From: a virus
Lineage: Duplodnaviria; Heunggongvirae; Uroviricota; Caudoviricetes
Length of the DNA stretch: 64,000 nt
Direction: 5' to 3' (one strand)
IMG/VR virus record: IMGVR_UViG_3300021256_000058
Location: 53,823-117,822 of that record
Of the stretch, positions 57,401 to 64,000 are shown one piece after another (position 1 is the stretch's first letter; the number at the start of each line of letters is the position of its first letter). The notes under the pieces are model-generated. The model searched no databases and was not told the DNA's origin. It saw only the letters and a list, made by a program, of their open reading frames with translations. Both the position numbers and the translations under genes were made by a program.

Positions 57401-60400
57401 GAAGTTATGATCGCTAATAAGGGCCCATTTGAGATTGATCCTATGTGGATGGAATATTTCTTCATGGATAATGATGATGTGGGTACTAATAAGTTTACTT
57501 TAAAGATCGACTTTATGGAATCTTCTGGTTCTTATAATACTGGTCTTGCAAACTTATCACAGACTGCTTATACAAAGCATCCTTTGTTCGATTATGACTT
57601 TGCTAATGATTTAAATATCAGTAACCTTCGTACTTCAATTTGGGGCTTCCCAACAATGGCGTTCCATGAAAAGGCTGATGGGTCTACTGTTTATATTGGT
57701 CGTTACAATATGAACCTTGATAAGGGATCTGACGAATGCTTTGGCTATAAGTTATTCGTTGATAATGATCCACAAGGTACAAAAGTAAAAACTAATTATG
57801 TTAAAGATAAAAAAGGCAAGATTCTTGATGTTGCAAAAGCTGCTGAGTGCTGGGAGTTCTCAGACAATAACCGTGGCTTCTGTTCCTTCCGCGATCCACA
57901 AGGTCGTTATGTTGGAGACATTAGTGATGAACCTGGTGCTTTCTTTAGTTAGAAAGTAAATGGCGTAGAGCAATCTAACGCTAAGGGTACTTGCCCAATT
58001 GTATGTGACTCTTTTGAATATCGTTATAATACTCATGGAGATGCTTTTGATTATCTATATGGTGAACCTATAAAAGATTCAGATAAAGAAGATATCGCTG
58101 ATGACCTCGGGACTGAAAACCTCGATACCATGTCTTACGAAGATAAATGCGCTAAGACCTTCGAGTGGATGAAGAACTGGGAGCGCGCCGTAAAATGGGT
58201 ATATAGCACAGATACTGAATCTGTTGGTTCTGAAGCTGACTTATTTACTCGTTATGGTCAGATTCATGACAATAAGGTTTATAAAGGACCGACAACTAAA
58301 CTGAATCCTACCACTGGTGAAAGTATTGATGCGTTAATCTTTAATGCTGTTGCAGTAGATAAAGATATTTCAGAAGTGAAAGACGCTGTTACCGCAGCTG
58401 GATTCACTGAGGCCCAGTTGAAACAGCTTTATGGTATTGTTGATGCCGAATAGAGTACCGCTACTGTTGAAGTTAAGAAATTAACTAATGACAGTTATGG
58501 TCAAGCTTATGCTGCTATTACTGGTTTTGAATATATTGATAGTACCGAAGTTGCTGGTGCAATTGCTGCTGCAAGTGAGTTTGATGCTGATACTACTTAT
58601 TTCGTTGAAGATAGTGGTGATTATGTCGAAGCAGATCCTCAGCCTACCGCAGATAATTTTGCTTCTGGTAGTTACTTCTATTATCCATTGACTATCACTT
58701 GCCATTTTAATGGTGGTGAAGTTATTGATCGTAGCGTAGTATCAACTGCTCTACAAGAAGATGTAGCAACCTATGAGACTTCTAATATTAGATCTCTCCC
58801 TGCAGTTTATGTATCTGGCAATAATAACTATTATTTCGATACTAAAGAATATCGTTTAGCAAAATTCGCAAAAGAATTTACTCAGCATTTTGATAAAGAG
58901 TATGCTTGTGTATACTTTATTATTACTGAGTTATTAATGTGTTATGACTCTCGTGGTAAAAACGCAATGTTCGCATCATGGGGACCACAAGTCGAAGGCG
59001 GAGACTACATTTGGTATCCTATCTTCTACGATTTGGATACTCAGCTCGGTATTAATAATACTGGTATTCCTTCATTTGAATACTTTACCAATGCTTCTGA
59101 AGATGGCTGCTTCTCAACTAATGATAGTATTCTTTGGACCAATATGTATAAAGTATTCTTAGATGATATTAAAAAGTATTACCAATTTTTACGTACCTCT
59201 GTAAAGACTCGCGCACATGGCAGCACTCCTGAGTCTAATAACCACGCTCCATTCGCAGGAATTGAGTATGGCGGACAGGAAGCTGTCGAACACATTGAGA
59301 ATTGGTACACTTGCAAGCCTGAAACCACTAAGTCCATTTGTATGCAAGGCCACAGACCTCTTGTTGCTATTAACATGGATGAATTTTATAAATACATCTT
59401 TATTATGATGAACGTCCCTGGCGGCGGCTATCAAGGCACTGAAGCTGGTCAGACTAAGTATGATACTTCTGGTTCATTCTTATATGCTTTGCAGGGCGAC
59501 CGTAGCTTGTCAAGACAGCAGTTCTTAAAGAGAAGAATTAACTTCATTGACTCTTGGTTGACTCGTGGTAACTATGCTGAAGGTACTGGCGTTACTATTA
59601 AGTTCCGTACTTCTGCGAACGACCCTGAGAACACTTCAGACCATTGGATCGAAGGTAGTAACAATGGTATTGGTTCATTAACTCCTAATGCTCCTTACTA
59701 TGTTACTCCAGAGACTTTCGATGACTTTGGTGATCGTGTCAAGACTCAAGAACTTGATGCTGACTTCTTCATTAAACTTACTCCATTCCAGAGAAGTTAT
59801 GTAACTCTAGCAACCGATAATGCTCCTTTACCTTCTAAAGAATATTCTGGCAGCGCAGTTCGTGTAGACTTCCCAACTAACGTTGTAACTGGTGTCCGCA
59901 CTAGCCCACGTTATGCTGAGCAGTTACTGTACGTCTATGGTGCTGACTATTTGAAGGATATCGGAGATGTAAGTTTACTGTATCCTCGTGAATTTGAAAT
60001 TGATAATGCTTCTCACTTGTAGAAGATTATTCTTGGTAATGATACACCTGGATATTTTAATAATAAATTAAAGTCACCAAAATTTGGTGCAGAAGCAAAT
60101 AGTGCAACAGGTAAACCTCTGCTTAAGGAAGTCGTATTTACCAATGTTAAGATTGATGGTGATGGTATTTATCCTCTTGACTTTGGTAGTGCTGAAAAGC
60201 TGCAAATCTTCCGTGCTCTTGGTATGAACCTTTCAACTGTTACCTTCGCTGATGGTGTTGCTTTGCACACACTACATCTTCCTTCAACTGTAACAGAATT
60301 CGTATTAAGAGAAGCACGTTCACTTGATACTATAATTGATAACTACGTAGCTCCAACACGCAATACCGATAAGAGTTGGAACGCTCAACGTGGTTTATAT

Positions 60401-62473
60401 ATTCAAGGTTTAACCGATGCAACTTCTGTTGCAACGACTACTTCTAATATCTCTCGTTTTGAGATTGTTGGAGGTTCTTTAGGTTATGGTAGCTATGATT
60501 TGTTGAAGAAACTTTATGATAAGTATGAAGCAACAAATACTGGTACTTTAACAATCGGCCTTGAAGAGGTTCATTGGACTCCATATACTAAGCTTGAAAA
60601 GGGTTATGTATATAACTCTGACGAAGCAAGCAAATATTACATTGATAATGAACATTATCAGTTAGAGTTGTTAACAGCTTATGATAATGGTCGTTACGCA
60701 TCTACTGATTTTACTACTGGAACTGGCTTAACTATCTGGAACGATTTGATTCGTTAGGGCATGTTATACATCAGAGATACGAGCGTTTCTAACGAACGTA
60801 TTGCTTCTATTAGTGATTTGCAGATGCTTATTGATTTAGCCGAAGATAGCAAATACAAAGGAACCAATAGTGCTAATACAAATATTCCAGTAATCACTGG
60901 TGATATTTACGTTGATAATAGTATTGAAGATATCGTTAATGAATCTGATATTAAGAATACGATTATTGACCAGTATTATCCAAATCTTCATATCTTTGTA
61001 ACAAATGTTCGTAAAGCATATTCAGCAAAGTTTATCAAAATTGATGGTGATAATTACGAAGTTGTTGGAACCCAGAAGGTTGACCCAGACCAGGCTGAAA
61101 CAAAGACTTGGTTTGATGATCCTTATGTTCAGTATGCTTCTCTGACTAGCCGTGATCACTATGATTTCAATGGTTGGTCAACAGCAGAAGGCGATACAAC
61201 TAAAGTAATTTATCAAGCTGTCTATCAGCCAAATATGTATTACACTTATAATCAAGCAACAAAGAGCTATGATCAAAGCAGTGAATATAACGCAAATGAG
61301 ACCTACTATTATAAGACCCCTGGACAGGATAAATATACTGTTGTTATTCTGACAACTGATAGCGATAAGATCTGGAGTGCTCAGACTTACACTGAGGGTG
61401 TCTATGAATATAACTTCTATATTATTTATAATAGACATAAATACTTAATGAAGTATTTGAATATGGATGGCAGCGTAATTACTACTTAGGAAGTTCCTTA
61501 CGGCGATTATCTTGTCCAGCCTGCGGGAATCCCTGCAGCGCCGGCCGCAATGCTGAACGCACTTCCTGTGGAAAAAACCTACGTGTTTAAGGGCTATAAC
61601 ACTGATGCTGATGCAACTGATGTTTTGGCCTTAACCGAAATTGCGTCTAGCCAGGATATGAATTTCAACGCAATCTTCTCGCAGCTTGATGTTCACGATC
61701 CTGCGGCTGTCTACCCTGAGTCCGCATTTGACTTTACTGCTGGTTCTTATACCTCAGCTTATGGCGAAACTAATAGTGATTACTATGCTAGTGGTTGGGT
61801 TCTTCGTTTGAAGAGCGACGTTGTATTAGCAGGTAAGATCACTGTTCCTGTAATGCATAATGGTGAGCCAGTTGTTGGTGTTGTTGGATTCGGTGCTGAT
61901 GGTAACTCTAATCCTAATACCGCAGGTGTAACACATATCTTCTTTGAGCGTAATGAAAATAGCCAACTCAGATACTTCGGTACTGTCGCATTCCGTGCGA
62001 TGGAGAATTTGAAGTATATTGAGATTCCAGATAGCGTAAGATTTATTGGCGATCGAGCATTGCAAGGCTGTACTTCATTGGATATTACCAATTTTGGTAA
62101 TAACGTTAATGCTTATGGTTCTTCTTGCTTCTCTAACAGTTTCATTGGTAACAATGGAACTCAGATGATTACTATTAATATTCCAGGTGACACCACTCGT
62201 ATTTACGATAGTGCATTTAGAAACTTAGGTACTTCAATGAGACCTGTTGGTATTGCACAGTTGAACTTCGGTGGTACGGGCGATCCTACTGCGATTATGT
62301 TTGTTGATCCTGAAAGCAATGGCCCATTTAGTCAGCGTTCTGCACAGTACTATATCCAGGCTGTTAACTTCTATGGAGTAACACAGGCAGAAATTGAAAG
62401 TAGAGAAAATGTCTTGCCAGGCATTAATGGTAGATTGGCAACTGGCGCTACTGTTCAATATTTGACAGCATAA
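54494..62473 (+). CDS. Giant virion-associated protein (2659 aa in code 15): Mtd_N-like start, Ig/LamG-like domains, CotH-kinase-like core, LRR (BspA-like) C-terminus
   Basis: The main fragments share one frame joined by 10 TAG; IKTQGTSS...RNYK, TLKIDFMESS...N.G.AN, D.RGKN.M...W.PIFYDLDT.LG; AF..C.SL..I.IP.SV..IG..A repeats. Confidence 0.75.
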
Positions 62474-62493
62474 TAAAAGGAGGGAAACAATAA

Positions 62494-62691
62494 ATGACTA
62501 AAACCGTAATGTATGAATATCAAGGTACTAATGGTATCATTTGTTCTCCCATCCACTTGGAAGATGTTTATTACATCCGCAAGATCAGATTGACTGCGGA
62601 AGATCCTAAACGTCTTACCAAAGATGGCAAGCATTTCTTCACACAGGTCACCGTCCCCGAGGATGAAGTCGACCAGTGGAAAGAAGTCTGA
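62494..62691 (+). CDS. Small protein (65 aa, no TAG)
   Basis: AAGGAGG SD; TGA stop. Confidence 0.7.
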   Translation: MTKTVMYEYQGTNGIICSPIHLEDVYYIRKIRLTAEDPKRLTKDGKHFFTQVTVPEDEVDQWKEV

Positions 62692-62799
62692 GGCCAAAAT
62701 AAATTATACTATTGAGTATTTTTTTGAAATATTATGAAAGGGCTGGGGAAGTTCTTCAGCCCTTCCCCCAAATAATTTTATAGAAAGGATGACAAAATA

Positions 62800-64000
62800 G
62801 TGATTACAAAGGTAACTAACGAGACTCGTCCATTATATAATTCATTATTTGAAGAAGCAGACGCTCTTCTCGAAAATACCGAAGATACTGCTATTGCAGG
62901 TCTTGATGATTATTTTTCACGTATTACTGAAATTGTCGGTGCCGCAGGCGCTAGCGCAGTAAATACAAGAACACGTAATTACGAGAAGCGTAAGTTTTTG
63001 GCATTACCTTTTAGCGAAGGCTATTTTGAGGTTGATGCTAATACAAGAACTATTTCAATCCCTGATAATTTTGCTAGAAATGGTCTTTCTGTACAGGGCG
63101 ATCAAGTTGCTGAAACTCTGTATTTCAAGATTGACAGATATTTCGATGCGCAGGATTTAGGTAATATGATCGACGAAAGTCTTATCATTGGTATCCAGTG
63201 GAGAGATAGTGCAGGAAATGAACATTTTTCAGTTTCTGACTATATTGATATTGTTTCACATCCAGGCTATGTAATTTTTAACTGGGATATTAATGAAGAA
63301 ATTACCAGAAATTCTGGGCCAATTTCTTTCTCTGTTCGTATCTATAGACTTGATGAAAATAAGAATGTTGAATATAGTTTCAGTACACTTACTGCAACTT
63401 CTTTTATTAGTTCAGCATTAAATTATGATGCAGCTGCTCTCCTCGAGGGCGAGAGTATGAACAGTTTAGTCATTGGCCGTTTAACCAATAGTCCAGCTCC
63501 AAGTGGAACAGGTTCTGCGGAAGCTCCTATTATTATTACCAATCTTCCAAGTTATCAGGATCTTGCTACAGTTACTGGCGAACGTCAGCTTGCGGTCCAG
63601 GCTTATTCTCCAGATGGCGGACGTATTTCTTACGTATGGCAGTATAAGGGATTAAATTCTGGTGACTATAGCAACTTTAGTGGTTCTAATAATAATAAGA
63701 ATTATATTCCAACTACTGACGAAGTCTTTATGGAAGATAATACCTACTATGTAAAGACTGGTACAGTTAATGGCGTAGATGCTTATCGCGCAATTAACCC
63801 ATAGAGCACAACTGAAGGCTATGACATTGGCGATAATATTGCTGAATGGATTGAAAACCAAGAAGAGATTACCGCACTTTATGAGCTTTATGCAACTGCT
63901 GTTGTTACCACTACTGGTTATTACCAAGCACTTGTAACAAATCGCCATGATGGCGCTACTAATACTATCGTTGCTGGCCCATGTATTATCCCTGGTCCTG
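62800..64000 (+). CDS. BppU-N-like baseplate/tail protein, continues past the window edge in code 15
   Basis: RTI.IP...G..VQGD..AETLYF.IDRYFD..DL motif; TAG at 63802 then an open frame to 64000. Confidence 0.65.

Noticed and set aside
9552-63948. Minus-strand and alternate-frame ORFs in the late module (e.g. 15197-15526, 17884-18345, 47335-47679, 61783-62091)
   Set aside because: They overlap well-supported plus-strand genes and lack SD sites and recognisable motifs.
8990-64000. Fragmented late genes read as pseudogenes or sequencing errors
   Set aside because: All breaks I read are in-frame TAG with no frameshifts, and the essential motifs continue across them, which fits recoding rather than decay.
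51757-64000. Diversity-generating retroelement targeting the Mtd_N-like proteins
   Set aside because: No reverse transcriptase or TR/VR adenine-variant repeat pair is visible in this window; it cannot be excluded elsewhere in the genome.

Overview
This window is 64 kb of a large tailed phage with siphovirus-like gene order. The sigmaA-type promoters, AGGAGG-type SD sites and an SPbeta/c-st-like head-tail module point to a probable Bacillota/Clostridia host (inference). It has two very different parts. (1) 1-7100, minus strand: a GC-richer early/host-takeover array of 16 complete small genes and 2 candidate non-coding RNAs, driven by 18 perfect TTGACA-N17-TAnnnT promoters and interleaved with six 27-bp GC-rich inverted repeats. 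No early gene needs TAG readthrough. (2) 8990-64000, plus strand: an AT-rich packaging, head, tail and tail-tip module. Almost every gene here is broken only by in-frame TAG, and reading TAG as Gln (code 15) restores full-length terminase, portal, tape measure (3078 aa) and tail proteins. The supplied code-11 ORF track therefore fragments or misses most late genes. The standout candidate system is an ArfA-like ribosome-rescue peptide. It is the only gene of the early array (163-6990) ending in TAG, and that TAG sits inside its own terminator, so the mRNA would become non-stop once TAG is read as Gln. Other leads are a ~320-nt promoter/terminator-bounded structured RNA, a fixed-geometry upstream element, TAG-free high-copy virion proteins versus TAG-gated low-copy ones, and a 2659-aa virion protein with a CotH-kinase-like domain. 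No suppressor tRNA, release factor, CRISPR array or integrase was seen in this window.
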